Shown here piece after piece: positions 36,083 through 48,597 of a DNA stretch of 64,000 nucleotides (within the stretch, counting starts at the first letter, position 1; every line of letters begins with the position of its first letter). A program made the position numbers and the translations under genes. This DNA comes from Hydrolagus colliei (taxonomy: Eukaryota): contig CM068757.1 in NCBI GenBank assembly GCA_035084275.1, forward strand, positions 3,038,001 to 3,102,000. Reading direction: 5' to 3'. The notes beneath the pieces were generated by a model. That model searched no databases and was not told the origin of the DNA. It saw nothing but the letters and a program-made list of their open reading frames with translations.

Positions 36083-38273
36083 ACGCAAAAATGAAACGGT
36101 GCGCAACTCTGACATGATAGGTTAGTACTTGCGCATTGTGCATGAGGAACACGATTTTATCAAGGTGAGTGGCGCCACCTGATTCCTTGTGTTACAGAAC
36201 ATATGTGCAGTCGCGTTTAAAACACCATTCAATTCGCAGGGTAAAGTAATGTGATGCCAGACACACACGTAGCATATGCATGTCATTGGCCTAATGAGCT
36301 CCTTTTGCCATGAATATTCCATGATGGTCGTGCAGCAATCTCTAAACTGGGAGCAGCTCCAGAACGAGAGAACTCACTCACATCTTCTTCAGTGCAATTA
36401 TTCTTCACAAAGTCAATGGGTTTAAACGTAACGAGCCGCAGACGGGAATTGTCGTATCTTCAGCCACACTGATTTCAGGGCATCTTGAGGTTAATGCGGA
36501 ATAATTCTGGAATAATTGTCCTCGCTGCAGCTTCAGACGTTTTGTGCTTCATTTGTACTGAAACGTTTAGTGTTTACTTGAAGCAGCATGGCGTCAATAT
36601 TAGAAATGCGGAAGAAAGAGTTTCAAACACGTAATCACAAATTAATTTTGTGGACCCCTGCTGGTGAAATTATCTTCGGAAAGGTTTCGGAAGGAAATTT
36701 GATTTGGATTACAGCAGTGTACATGTAACATTATTTCTGAATCTTTGTTCTTCCCCCCCCACCTTCCCACCACTCCGCCCCAAACACACGCACAACAGCA
36801 AACTACAGATTAAATTCGTATAACGCTTCTCACTCGGGAGGATGTCCCAAGGCACACAAACACACAACACGTCTGAAACACCAAACATACAAACTCCGAC
36901 TGTATTGGAACAGCAATGAAAACTAGAAATCAAAGTTAGATTTTTGGCCACTGGAGCTGAACATAAACTAATTGATTATCAGAACCAGAGTGGGCATTGA
37001 ATCTCGCCAAGCATGTTTTGAATCTGATAATAACTTGTGAAATTTATTTCAGAAAGTAAGCTTTGTTGTGAGCTGAACTCCTGTGAGCCAGCAAAATGTA
37101 CTTATGGCTTCCTTCTAAGTGAATCCTGTTGGGGGATCTCTAACATATTTCACCCCACTTTCTCAGAGAAACTGTTTCGGATGCAAAGGATCCATTCATT
37201 CCCTATTAAACATTCCACTTGAAAATCGTGAGTTCGCTCTTGTGCGTGCATGAGAATATCACAAAAGAACACACTCACTATGATTAAGACTGGTGGCTGG
37301 AGAAAACAATTGAACAGCTTACATTTCTGTAGTGCCTTTCGCCTAAAGAACATCTGTGAGTGCTTCACAATGACTGGGCCATATGCTGAGCAGGAGAGAA
37401 GGGAGATGGAGGGGACGGGGCCCTGACCATAGATGTGATTTGTTGTTGTACTTTTATTTAAATCATTTATTCTTAGTTTACTTGACTGGCAAATGCTGCA
37501 GGGAGCAAGCCAATTTGTGCATCATTCTAAATGATGTTTTTCACCACTTAACTGTAATGTACAATTCCTGTGGGTGTCTCTGCAGGTTAAAACGGTGTCA
37601 GTTTCTCAATAAAATGAGATTCAATGATTGGTCAAGATTCACATCTGTGCAAAGATAGACAGTTTTGTACTTTTTATTCATTTGAACAGCTATTTTCATC
37701 CCTTTTGTATAGGTAAGTTGTGAATGACCACATGCACTTTCTGAAATTTGCTGTATTGAGATATAAAGGTTCACTCTTGTTGCATCATTTATTCTTTTGT
37801 ACAGGTTGGATTGAGTTTTATCAATAAGCATTTAACCTCTGAAAAGGGCATAACTGCTGTGTCGCTCATTTTAGTCCGAGACCCCCTAAACCCCTACCAA
37901 CGTGCCTGCCCCCCCCCGACCAAGCAGGCTCTGGCCTGCTTCACATCTCTTACCTCATGACATTGAGCAAATACATGGATTTACTGAGGTCAATAGGCTT
38001 CAAAGACAAAGAAGGATAAGAGCAAAAGGGATAATAGGAAGAGCAATTGCTGCCACTGAGGTGCTGAATCAAACGCAAAGTTCCAGAAACTTGAAAACAA
38101 TTTAAGCTAATTTACATTAAATTTACCATCGTCAGACAGAAACTATAGTTGGGAACAATTACGAGCCACTAATCTAACTCGGGACTTTAAGTAGAAACAA
38201 ATTGAGAGAAACTTAGATGAAGGAAGAGCTGGTCAGACCTTGCTCTTTGTACGTGAACACTTAACTCGAATTA

Positions 38274-38378
38274 CAATAATTATCCTTGCATTTGATAAAG
38301 CACCTGATCATGTCGTTGAGATGTCTCAAAGCACTTCACAGAAAGTATTGTAAAGTGAATTGACTGTATATTTTGTGG
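38274..38378 (-). mobile_element. SINE 3' fragment
   Basis: Tail motif match. Confidence 0.85.
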
Positions 38379-38801
38379 CAATTGTAAAGGTTGGATTGCT
38401 TGGTGACTCTGAGTTAATGCAGTGAGATTTTCACGTGTATTTACCAGATGGTACGAAGAACACATATCAACAATCAGAGATGTATATCCATAATCAACAC
38501 CTATACGTGTGTTTGTGCGTATAACTGATGGGTATTATTCTAATGATAATATCTACGTTAATATTAATATTTAATATTTTTAAATTAAAAGGTAATATAT
38601 TTTAATAAATATGATATGTAATATATAATAAATAAATATTAGATAATATATTTTCTAATAATATATTTTCTACATTAGAAACTGTCCCGTTCCAAGATAT
38701 TATAGCCGAACATAAGTGAAGGACCATACACCATGGGTGCCGTATGATCGGTAATTGGTAAAAGTGGAAGGATATAGTAGCCAGTGAGAGGAACAGTAAA
38801 A

Positions 38802-39005
38802 ATAATAATAATAATCCTTGCATTTGATATAGCGCTTTTTATACCTTATCAACGTCTCAAAGTGTTTCACAAAATATACTGTAAAGTGAATTGACTGTAT
38901 ATTTGTGGGTGAATATACTGTAAAGTGAATTGATTGTATATATGTGGGAGAAATGCAGCAGCGAATTGCACACTGCAGTGTTCCACAAACAGTTAGGGAT
39001 TGAAA
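38802..39005 (-). mobile_element. SINE fragment with ~39-bp internal tandem duplication
   Basis: aatatactgtaaagtgaattgactgtatatttgtgggtg occurs twice in tandem (from ~38873 and ~38912). Confidence 0.88.
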
Positions 39006-40159
39006 TGCACAGTGTGTGTGAACTGCGTGCATCAGATTAATAATAACTGCACTATTGTGATGTCCAAGCCAGTGAGTGTTGGGTGCTGGGTCAAAAAGAT
39101 CATAACAAATTGCTTTAAAACCAAGTCACGTTGCTATCTCCCTGGAAGGCAATACTCAAAAAATAAAGCGGAAATGGGTAGCTATTTTAGTGCTGCCAAT
39201 ATTCTGCAGTTATTGCGCTGCTCCTGGCTATTGTGTGAGGACAGTGTCCTGTAAATTTGTAAAGAGTTTGTTTCAAGCAGAGATCGTAAGCGGGTTCTTG
39301 CAGAATTTTTCAAGCACTAATTCACTTCATAAAATTATTCTTTGAATATTATTTATTCAATACATATCTTGTGCCTCCAGAGCTTGCATGTCAGTGCATA
39401 GTTTATGACTTTACGTTCTGTTTTTGCTTTGCATTTGGTATTTTACACGCTGGTTCATTTTTCTTCTACTCTTCTACATTGCCAGCCTTTTCTCTATTGC
39501 AGAGGCTTGCCCTTTAATTCAAAATGACATTGTTGACTTTGATGGGATTACTTTCCCAGACTGGAGAGTTCCTGCTTGCAGCAAAAACGACATTTGAAGA
39601 GAAAACAGATATCTGAATTATTCTGAACAAACTGATGGCAAAAGCATTTTACCAAAGTGGAATATTTGATTTAGTTAGAAAGCTTTTATGCTGGACTGGA
39701 CTTGAATAGCATTGGAAGTGTTTTAAATTGGTTGTGCATTCGGACGACAGCATTTTGGTTATTCGAATACATGTATGAATAAAACGCAATTAATTTAATA
39801 GGATTGTTAGGATTGCTTTTCCAGTATAGCAATGAATCATTTTAATGAACTTGGTATTACTGTTCACTATAGGCATGGGAAATATTAATTGCTTTAAAAC
39901 AGGATTTTAAGTATTTTACTTTGGTTATAGAAATGCTGCCCACATTTTTGGCCGGAACAAGGGTATTTTATTGATAAGTACAAACATTACAATGCATCCA
40001 TATTGTCTACCAAAGCATGTTCAGTCTGTTGCGTTCACCGCACTAATGACAACTGTCTTTCCAGTGTAAACTGTAGCTTGTTGCCATCTCGCCATCAGCA
40101 CCACAAACAAGTTAAATGTTACCATTCATTGACTTCCTCTGTCCTGAATCCAACCTCGG

Positions 40160-40402
40160 TAATAATAATAATAATAAGAAGAAGAAGAATCCTTGCATTT
40201 GATATAGCACTTTTCACGTCTTCTAGATGTCTCAAAGCACTTCGTAGAATATACTCTAAATTGAATTGCCCATATATTTGTGGGCAAAGGTGGCAGCCAA
40301 TTGTGCACAGCAGTCTCCCCACAGACAGTCGTGGATTGAATTGACCAATTTATTTTTGAGGGATGATTATCAGGCGTGTGGAGTAAGGAAAGTTGCCTAA
40401 GT
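40160..40402 (-). mobile_element. SINE lacking the tRNA head
   Basis: Tail, core and ggagtaaggaaagttgcc match. Confidence 0.9.
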
Positions 40403-40712
40403 ATCCACTCAGGTATGTGGGATTACCCATATTTGACTTCAAACATGTTGAAACTGCCGGTGAAAGCAATGTGTGTTTTAGAACAATCAGGACTCCTTTT
40501 GAAGTAGCATGCTTACATAATTCACAGCCATGAAGCTAAAAGTTTGAATACGTTTTGAGACGACACTAATTGTAAACAGTTTATATCGTAAGCAGCTTCA
40601 TTGTTTAACTTGAGTAACACTTTACCGGATCCCAGATAATCCAATTCAGAGTTTAATACACCATTCGAGACACTAAACGGTGAGGTTCATCACACAAGGT
40701 AATTGGAGATTC

Positions 40713-41173
40713 CAACAACAACAACAACTTCGATTTATATAATGCCCTCCACGCCGGAGGCGTCTCAGAGCGCTTTAAATACATTCCAATACAGTTGTGT
40801 AGTGCATTTTATCAAATGGTTACTGAATGATTCATCTCCGAGTAATAGTGGTTCAAATTCCACTGTCTACCTATTTGCCATGGAATTCATCATGTTATTT
40901 TGAAAGGAACTACATCTCTATCGACCTATAATCAGACACGTGTTCCTGGTCACTTCCTTGTGTTTCCAACAGGTAAATCTTCCACAGAGAGAACAAAACA
41001 AGACACACACTCAAGAACAACCACAACAACTTCGATTTATATAGCGCCCTCCATGCCGGATGGCATGTTGTGGTGATAAGGATTATAGGCTGCAAAATTG
41101 TGGATGGTTTGCAGCTTCTTTGGGACGTCCTCGCGATGTGAAACATGCTATACAAGTGTAATTTTGTTGTTGT
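40713..41173. mobile_element. Cluster of three very short L2 3' tails (40713-40775 -, 41015-41062 -, 41118-41173 +)
   Basis: caacaacttcgatttatatagcgccctcca.gccgga motif and tgggacgtcc...gtgaaac.tgctatacaa...(TTG)n. Confidence 0.7.
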
Positions 41174-42179
41174 TGAGAGTGGAGCTGGAATAGCTGGCAA
41201 GCAGCGAAGGTCAAGTCAGAAGGTGGCAAAGGCGTGAATGAGGTTATGAGCTGCATTGGGTGGAGGCAGTGATGGAGACGGATATGATATGGAAATAGGG
41301 GAGAAAGTAGGCTTGGTCAGAGCCACGATGAAAGGTTTAAAAAGGAGAGCTGAGGTTTGAACTAAATCAAAGAGGTCTTTGGAAAGTAGAGTTTCATAAA
41401 AATTTGTACATTTCTAAATTCATCAAAATGAAGTGAATCGTGAATGCGTTTGACTCAAGCATAACCAACCCATAACAATGTATCATAGTAATTGTGTCAT
41501 ACGTTTAAATTCCAGCCATTAAAATGGTTTGTCATATATTCTGGTAGAGAAGATTACATAGGGTATTTTAAGATGACTAATTTAAAAGGAACTTTCCCGC
41601 AGTTGGCCTCGAGGAACCTATTATAAGAATTTAAAGATTGTTTCCATAGACTAAGTACAGTTAGACAAACATAGAAAATAATTCAAAAGGTTACTGCTGT
41701 CCAATTCTAATGAGTAAAATGTGTGACGGTATTTCGTCGGTGCTGAGCTTGATGTAGAATTGTGTCTCTCATAGAACAATACAAATGGTCTGCTTAAATC
41801 TGCATCTAAGGCTCTCATAATTTTAAATACAAAGTTTATTCTCCCCTCTCCCCTTCCTCATCCTCTCCCCCACACCCCACACCCCCTCAATAAAAACAAG
41901 TGCAGCAAAATACCAATGACTTACATGAGGTTAGGATAGCTTAATCTCAAAGGTTGATTACCTCACAATTTAGTATTTTATTTGTTTGTCCCTTATTGCA
42001 ATCTGCAAGCCACTGTTTCTTTTCTGGTCCCTCTTCACGTTGCTAGCATTTCGTTTGTCTGACCACACAATCAATGAGCCAGACCTTAATTCCTACAGCT
42101 GGCCACAACTTCCTATGTTCCTTCAGTCTGTAACCACTGTTACATTCTGCAAGGATTGTATTTCACAAACGGCTTTATC

Positions 42180-42800
42180 AACAGGAGGACCATGGATGGA
42201 CTGTGGATGGAGAGGTCGGATTGCGAGTGGGAAGGAGAGTTAAAATGGCATGAAACCGGTAAGTCAGCGTTATATTTCCCGACAGAACGGTGGTGTTTGG
42301 CAAATCGGTCACCCAATCTGCGTTTGGACGATCCTTTGGATATTGAGGCTAGTGGGGAGGAGGTGTAGTCCAAATAGCTGCGGGAGTTAGTGGGCTTGTA
42401 GAATATATCTGTTGATAATCCATGGCCCAAGATGAAAATGGTGGAGTCGAGGAAGGCAAGGGAAGAGTCGGAGATGGTCCATATGAATTTTATGGAGAGG
42501 TAGATGCGAAATTGATAAATTGTTCCAATTCGCCTCAAGAGCAGGAAGCAGCCCCAACACAGTCGTCGATGTACCGAGGAATAGGTCAGGGAGCAGACCC
42601 GAATAGGCCTGGAACAGAGAGTGTTCCAGGTGGCCAACAAACAGGCAGCCATAGCTGGGACCCATGCGGATTCCCATAGCGACCCCTTTTACTTGGAGGA
42701 AGTGGTTGGAGTTGAAGCTGAAGTTGTTCAATGTCAAAACAAGTTCAGCCAAGTGGGGGAGGGTGGTGGTGGATGGAGACTGGCTGTGTCGCTGTTCCAG
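42180..42800 (-). mobile_element. Penelope-like retroelement fragment (RT plus GIY-YIG endonuclease remnants; frameshifted, internally deleted)
   Basis: LAELVLTLNNFSFNSNHFLQVKGVAMGIRMGPSY; FLD...LSTDIFYKPTNSRSYLDYTSS; KRRLGDRFAKH...PVSCHFNSPSHS, all typical of vertebrate Penelope-like elements. Confidence 0.92.
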
Positions 42801-42804
42801 GAAC

Positions 42805-42935
42805 ATTGCTACATGCAATTAGCTGGAACATTTTGCCCACAAAATGCAGTCAGAACACTATACTGTATATTCTGTGAAGTGCTTGAGACATATTGACAAC
42901 GTGAGACACTAAATCAAATGCAAGAATTATTGCTA
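42805..42935 (+). mobile_element. SINE 3' fragment
   Basis: gcccacaaaatgcagtca...ctgtgaagtgcttgagac...aaatgcaagaattatt. Confidence 0.75.
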
Positions 42936-44399
42936 TTACTTACCTGTGCATAGACAGATCCTCCCAACTCGGAAGGTGCTCTATAAAGGTCATTTTGTTT
43001 TTGTTGTTGGTGATCCAGTTAATAACTGAAAGGTTTAACCTCTCATCTGTGCCGAGTTAACTGTTGGAGGATGGAACGATATTTAAGATTCCACGATTGG
43101 CCTCTTTGCTCTTGTTCAGTTGAGGGGAATATCAAACAGGACTCAGGGCTTTCAGCGAGTACTCTACCATCTGTACTGGAAGTACATGTATGTGAAGGTC
43201 CGGCAAGGACAAAACTGGCTTTTCCTGTCTATTCAAGCAGCTGTCAGCACTCAGTGTCAAGGCTCATTCATTACAAAAAGCTGACAAAGTCAAGGTAACA
43301 TTGGCAACTGAGGACACCAGCAGAAGATAAAAAAACACACCGAATCGCCAGGAGTGGAAAGGAGAAAGATAGACAGGAAAAAAGAAAGAAGTGAAGAAAA
43401 CTAGTAAGATCCCCCCCACCCCTTCCCAGTCTGGAACAAGTTGATTTTCTTGATTTGTATTTCATTGCATTTTAAAGACGGGGCACAAACGAATTGAGTT
43501 TGTCAGTGTTGGTGTGGTATTTCACTGATTAACTTTACAGACTGAAATTTCCATAGACTTGGATTACCTGGGCAGTACCATCTCTAAAGTAATCAGGATT
43601 TAATACACAGAGGGTACAATATCACCTCTGACACAAAGAGGATTTAGCACGTGACGAGTAGAAAAACACTTGTGCAGAAGAATGAGGGTAGACGTGAGGT
43701 TTGTAGTCAACACAATATATGGAAATCTTGGACTTGTAACTTCCAATGCTTGATTCTTAGTACAATAAAAAATTCCATGCAATATTAATGACCCTTGCAT
43801 ATATTATTGCACCTTTCACATTGGGAGGACATCTTTAAACTTTTCGCACTGAACTGTGGAATCAAATAAATTTACAACTCTTTTGCCAATTTCAACATAT
43901 TTACCTGTGTTCGAACCATGCATCTTCAAAAATTGTTTCTTCTGCAACAGCTTGATAGTAATTATTGGCAAGTAAACTGTTTTGATGAAATTCACATTGA
44001 ATGCTGAACACACTTAAGGATCAGCCATTGTCTTTTTTTATAATTTGGTGGAGAAACGCAACTGCAGCCATTGGAAAGGTTTTGAGTGTTTTGTTGACGT
44101 GTCACAGTTACAGTGATAGCTCAATGTCACACTTCTTCATTATTCATCTTGCCTCATCAATTATTCATAGATTGGATTTTTATTTTGCATATCCTGAATA
44201 AATATGAATAATCCTGCACTTTCCTATACACAGCTTCCTCAGATTCTACTGTTCTGCATGCTTGCAGTAAAATTGCCAATGCATCAAATCAATTACCAAT
44301 TTGAAGACAAGGGCAGTTACTTCAATTATATAAAGATATATATATATATATACACATACAGTATATATATGCACACACATGTTGTATTTTTATTTTTGG

Positions 44400-44675
44400 T
44401 GGGCAAGGCTTCAGCCACTCTGCCCTTAACCTGTGGAACTCCATCCTGCAGTCCCTCCACCTCGCCCTCTCCCTAGCCTCCTTCAAGGTCCACCTCAAGA
44501 TGTTCCTCTTCGACGGTCCCATCGGTCACCCTCCAAATCCCTAACTTTCCCTCCATCCTCACCGTCCCTGACCCCAGCTTGCGTCTGAACCAATGACTGT
44601 TCAGAGCCTTGGGACGTCCTCCTTACGTGAAAGGCGCTATATAAATGTAATTTTGTTGTTGTTGCTGTTGTTGTT
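44400..44675 (+). mobile_element. L2 LINE 3' end
   Basis: gcttcagccactctgccc...ctgtggaactcc (AFS...LWNS), ttcaaggtccacctcaaga, tail gtgaaaggcgctatataaatg...(TTG)n. Confidence 0.85.
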
Positions 44676-45171
44676 TTATTCTGAGGCCATTCAATTCTGT
44701 GAAGAATCTGCAAATTTTTCATTTCAATCTCGAAGAAAAGAAAATGTGTGATACATTCATTAAGAGAGGCTTGTGAGGATATTGATTATTTTTTCCAGAT
44801 CTACAAGAATAACTCATGGGGCAGTCATACCTGCTCAACCCAAAGTTTCTGATCAGTGCTACGCTAACCCCCTAACACTGATTAAAGGAAAGTTGCTGTC
44901 AAATGAGGTACTGTTAAAAAGTAGACTGTTAGTGGAAGACACACTGACAGTTTACCAAAATAAGGCATTAGATTTTTAACTGCAAAGGGGCAGGAGAGAT
45001 GGAATGAGAATCAAGGTTCAACCAATTTACAAAAGCACGGCTCGAATTCTTCTGCAATAGCTGGGATAATAATCTTGACATTTCCATATGTCAACCGCAA
45101 TCAAAAAAATGGTAATTTGACTAATTAAACATATTCCTTGTAAAATAAACACATAATTTGTTCCACGGTGG

Positions 45172-45380
45172 AACAACAACAACAACTTTGATTTATATAG
45201 CGTCCTCCACACCAGACAGCGTCTCAGAGCGCTTCACAGTAGTGTTTCCTGGGACCGAGCCAGGGTCAGGGGTAGAAAGGTGACTAAAGGTGCCGTCGAA
45301 CAGAAAGGTCTTTAGCTGTGACCTGAAACTGGGAAGAGAGGGGGCGAGGCGAAGGGAATGAGGAAGGGAGTTCCAGAGCA
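45172..45380 (-). mobile_element. L2 LINE 3' end
   Basis: Translation LWNSLPHSLRLAPSLPSFRSQLKTFLF (L2 ORF2 C-terminus) and (TTG)n tail. Confidence 0.9.
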
Positions 45381-45734
45381 AGCTACCCAAGTCTATACTA
45401 GCTACCCAAGGCTAACTTATTTAAACTCCCGAGAGGCACTACACTACAGGCCACAGTTCAAAGCTGAAAATAAAACTTCTGAAAGTATCTTTTTACCCCG
45501 AGGACAATGCAGCGAAAACTTTGATCTGATAATTCACATTATTGAGTTCTCACAAACCACAATCCTCAGGTAGCACCATTTTGGTTTCAATAGGATTAGA
45601 GTCCAACTATCTCCTATGTTTATATTTATCGGCTTCTACAAACATTTAATCTACTCAACAAGCAGATGTCAACACATCTCCTGTTGCCTTACTGACTTTC
45701 GCTGGAAGTTAATTACACATTTCCTCTTGATTAC

Positions 45735-45990
45735 AATGGGGCACACCCTTAAGGTCAGAAGAACTAAGATCAAAAAGCATTTCTTCACACAGAAGGCTGT
45801 GAAGATTTGGGAAACTCTGCCCCAGAGAGCAGTAGAGGCAGAATTAATCATGTCGTTTAGAGACATAGACAGATACTTGGGTAGTTGAGGCATTAATGCT
45901 GAAATTATGGTGTATTTGGATAAAAAGATCTGTCACAATCTAGTAAACTTGTTCGATGGGCTGAATGGCTTCCTCATGTTCCTGTTTTTC
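45735..45990 (+). mobile_element. Old CR1 3' end
   Basis: GHTLKV...HFFTQKAVKIWETLPQRAVEA; 3' gggctgaatggcttcctc. Confidence 0.85.
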
Positions 45991-46065
45991 TAGCTTCTTA
46001 AACTCCAGTCTTATGAATGATTTGACAACATTACTCCAGTCTCGTGATCAAATGTTACGTTAAAA

Positions 46066-46630
46066 AGCTGGAATACTGTGTTCAATTCTGGTCACCACAC
46101 TACAGAAAGGATGTGAAGATATTGGAAAGGGTACAAAGAAGATTTACCAGGATGGTGCCAGGATTGAGGGACTTCAGCTATGAGGAGAGGCTAGATAGGC
46201 TAGGGTTATTCTCTCTGGAGCAGAGAAGATTGAGGGGAGACCTAATAGAGGTTTATAAGATCATGAGGGGTTTCGACAGGGCAAATAGAGAAAAACTATT
46301 TCCACTCGTGGGCGAATCTGTGACTCGTGGTCACAGATTTAAAATAGTTTCAAGGCGAAGTAGAGGGGAGCTGAGGAGAATTTCTTTCACTCAGCGAGTT
46401 GTTCGAATCTGGAATGCATTGCCTGAAAAGGTGGTGGAGGCTGATTCGATAACAACTTTTAAAAGGGAATTAGATCTTTATTTAGGGAGAACAGGTCTAT
46501 TAGGCTATGGGGAGCGGGCAGGGCAGTGGGATTGAATCGCTCTTTTCAAAGAGCCGGCACAGACTAGATGGGCCGAATGGCCTCCTTTTGTGCCGTAAAA
46601 TTCTATGAATCTATGAATCTATGAATCTAT
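46066..46630 (+). mobile_element. Young 5'-truncated CR1 LINE with uninterrupted ORF2 C-terminus
   Basis: LEYCVQFWSPHYRKD...ERVQRRFTRM...SYEERL..LGLFSLEQRRLRGDLIEVYK...WNALP...GQWD* (stop at 46535), 3' UTR stem region and (TCTATGAA)n tail. Confidence 0.97.
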
Positions 46631-48459
46631 TCCCACATTACCTTTGATGTTCTACATTGTAAAGATCTTAAATACGTCCTCTCTCTCAAACTTTTCTCCA
46701 GGAAAGCAAAGTTCAGTTTCATCACCTTGTCCTCATAACTTTGAAACCTGGAATTATTATGATGTCTGTTCAAAACCATTTCCCATACATCAACGTCATT
46801 TCAACGATAGGGTGTCTAGTATTATGTACAAAGCTATTCCTCCCGACGTGAAAGACACTCTATCAATGTAATTTTGTTGTTGTTGTATTGTGTTTGTTGT
46901 GATTTATACATATGTCCTTTGGATTTATCACAAACGTCCTTGAGATGCATGGTGCTACCTGTTGACCCAGCCTTAGATTGAAAAGATATTATAGGAGGTT
47001 GTTGCGAGAGTACAAGTGGAAACCTGAAGTTAGCAGCATCGCAGTCACTACTTGCACTGGTTTGATTTCTAAGACAAACCAAAATAAAGCCAGCTAATTA
47101 ATTTGTCTTAATTTCAATACAAATAGAATTATTCAACAGGTGTAACCCGAGAATGTATGTTGCTTCCAACAACAAAATTTTATCCCAAGGCGCTGGGATG
47201 TGAAGTGAATGTGCAAATGCTGAATATTCTTTGTCTTCCTTCTCATTTCCCTGTCTGTTGATATCCTCTGATGGCACAAATGATCCAGTCTTTGCTAACA
47301 TCTTCCCTTTCCCTCCCAGATTGAAATTACTGCTGGTGAAAGCAATGCAAAATGCAACTTGCACCTGAGTAGTTATACAGTTACATCACACGTCATACAC
47401 AATAGAGTGATGGATACAGTTTTCTCTTTATCTTTGAACAATGCCATTTCCATAAAGAATTCACTAAATGCTTGGCGACGATTAATGTGAATTATTTATA
47501 AACAAAGGAATAATGACTATGTTTGAAAGTGATGTTCAAACAAAAGCTAATGTATAATAATGATTCTGCTTTTTGAAGTGACTTCACATTTTTGTTCCTC
47601 GTGGCATCCTACTCACTTTACTTGATGTTTTGCCTTCCAGCAAAATATAATAGATGTAGCCTAATGTTTCCCAATGGAAAAGGTGGTGATGATAGATATC
47701 TTCTACTTATCTGGTAAAAGTGAAGGCAATGAGCTAGAATTTGCAGCTTCAACAATTTTGATTATGCCACAGCTCTCATCTTATTGATAGATTTAAAAGG
47801 AGTCCATTCAATTTTGTCATGTCAGGATAACCCATAGATCTTGCGAGCAGAACTTTAAATAGATTAAGCTTCGTTGTAGTTCTGCAGGGCTGTGCAATTA
47901 AAAAATCTACATTTGTGGACTGCAATGCTGATGAAAGACGATGAACATTCATTATGCAGGCAGATCATTCGTGAAAATGCAGACAACAGTTCCATTTCAC
48001 CAGGAATAGTGCCTCATCACGATAATAACATAAATCTGTAAATTAGAAGGCCACTATTTATTTCGCTACCCAAACAAGGGATAGCATTTTAAAAGCACCG
48101 ACCACAGGCTTTTAGGATATTGCTGTCATCTTGAATATATTGTCTGAAGCCATTCAAGCACAAAGTAAGTCCCCATGCTCCATCGCAAGTCCTGAATCAG
48201 TAACATTTCTTAAAACGATAGAAAGATAAGATATCACCCATAAGAAAGCCCAATCCATTCCAAAGAATGATTGGTTTCATTCTTGTAATCAATCTATCTT
48301 GGTGGCTAATTGAATAGAATTTATGGAGCAGATCTCCCTTTGGAAGCTTATCTAGTGCCATTCAATACTTTGTCCTGCTTAAGTTACTGTGAATACTCAT
48401 TCAAAATTAAACAAGCTAAAGTCATTGTTGTCTCAAAAAGTCTATAGAACTCTATCTTT

Positions 48460-48597
48460 GTTAGGTCAAAGTATCAAGGCTTATGGGGCCAGGGCAGGTA
48501 ATTGGAGTTGAGATACACATCAGCCATGATCTAAAAGAATCATGGCTGAGGAGCAGGCTTGAGGGGCTTAATGGCCTACTCCTGTTTCTATGTTTCC
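48460..48597 (+). mobile_element. CR1 3' UTR fragment
   Basis: atcaaggcttatgggg...catcagccatgatcta...ggcttgaggggcttaatggcctactcctgtttctatgtt. Confidence 0.8.

Noticed and set aside
46044-46535. 163-aa ORF as a host gene
   Set aside because: It is the C-terminus of CR1 ORF2 in a 5'-truncated insertion.
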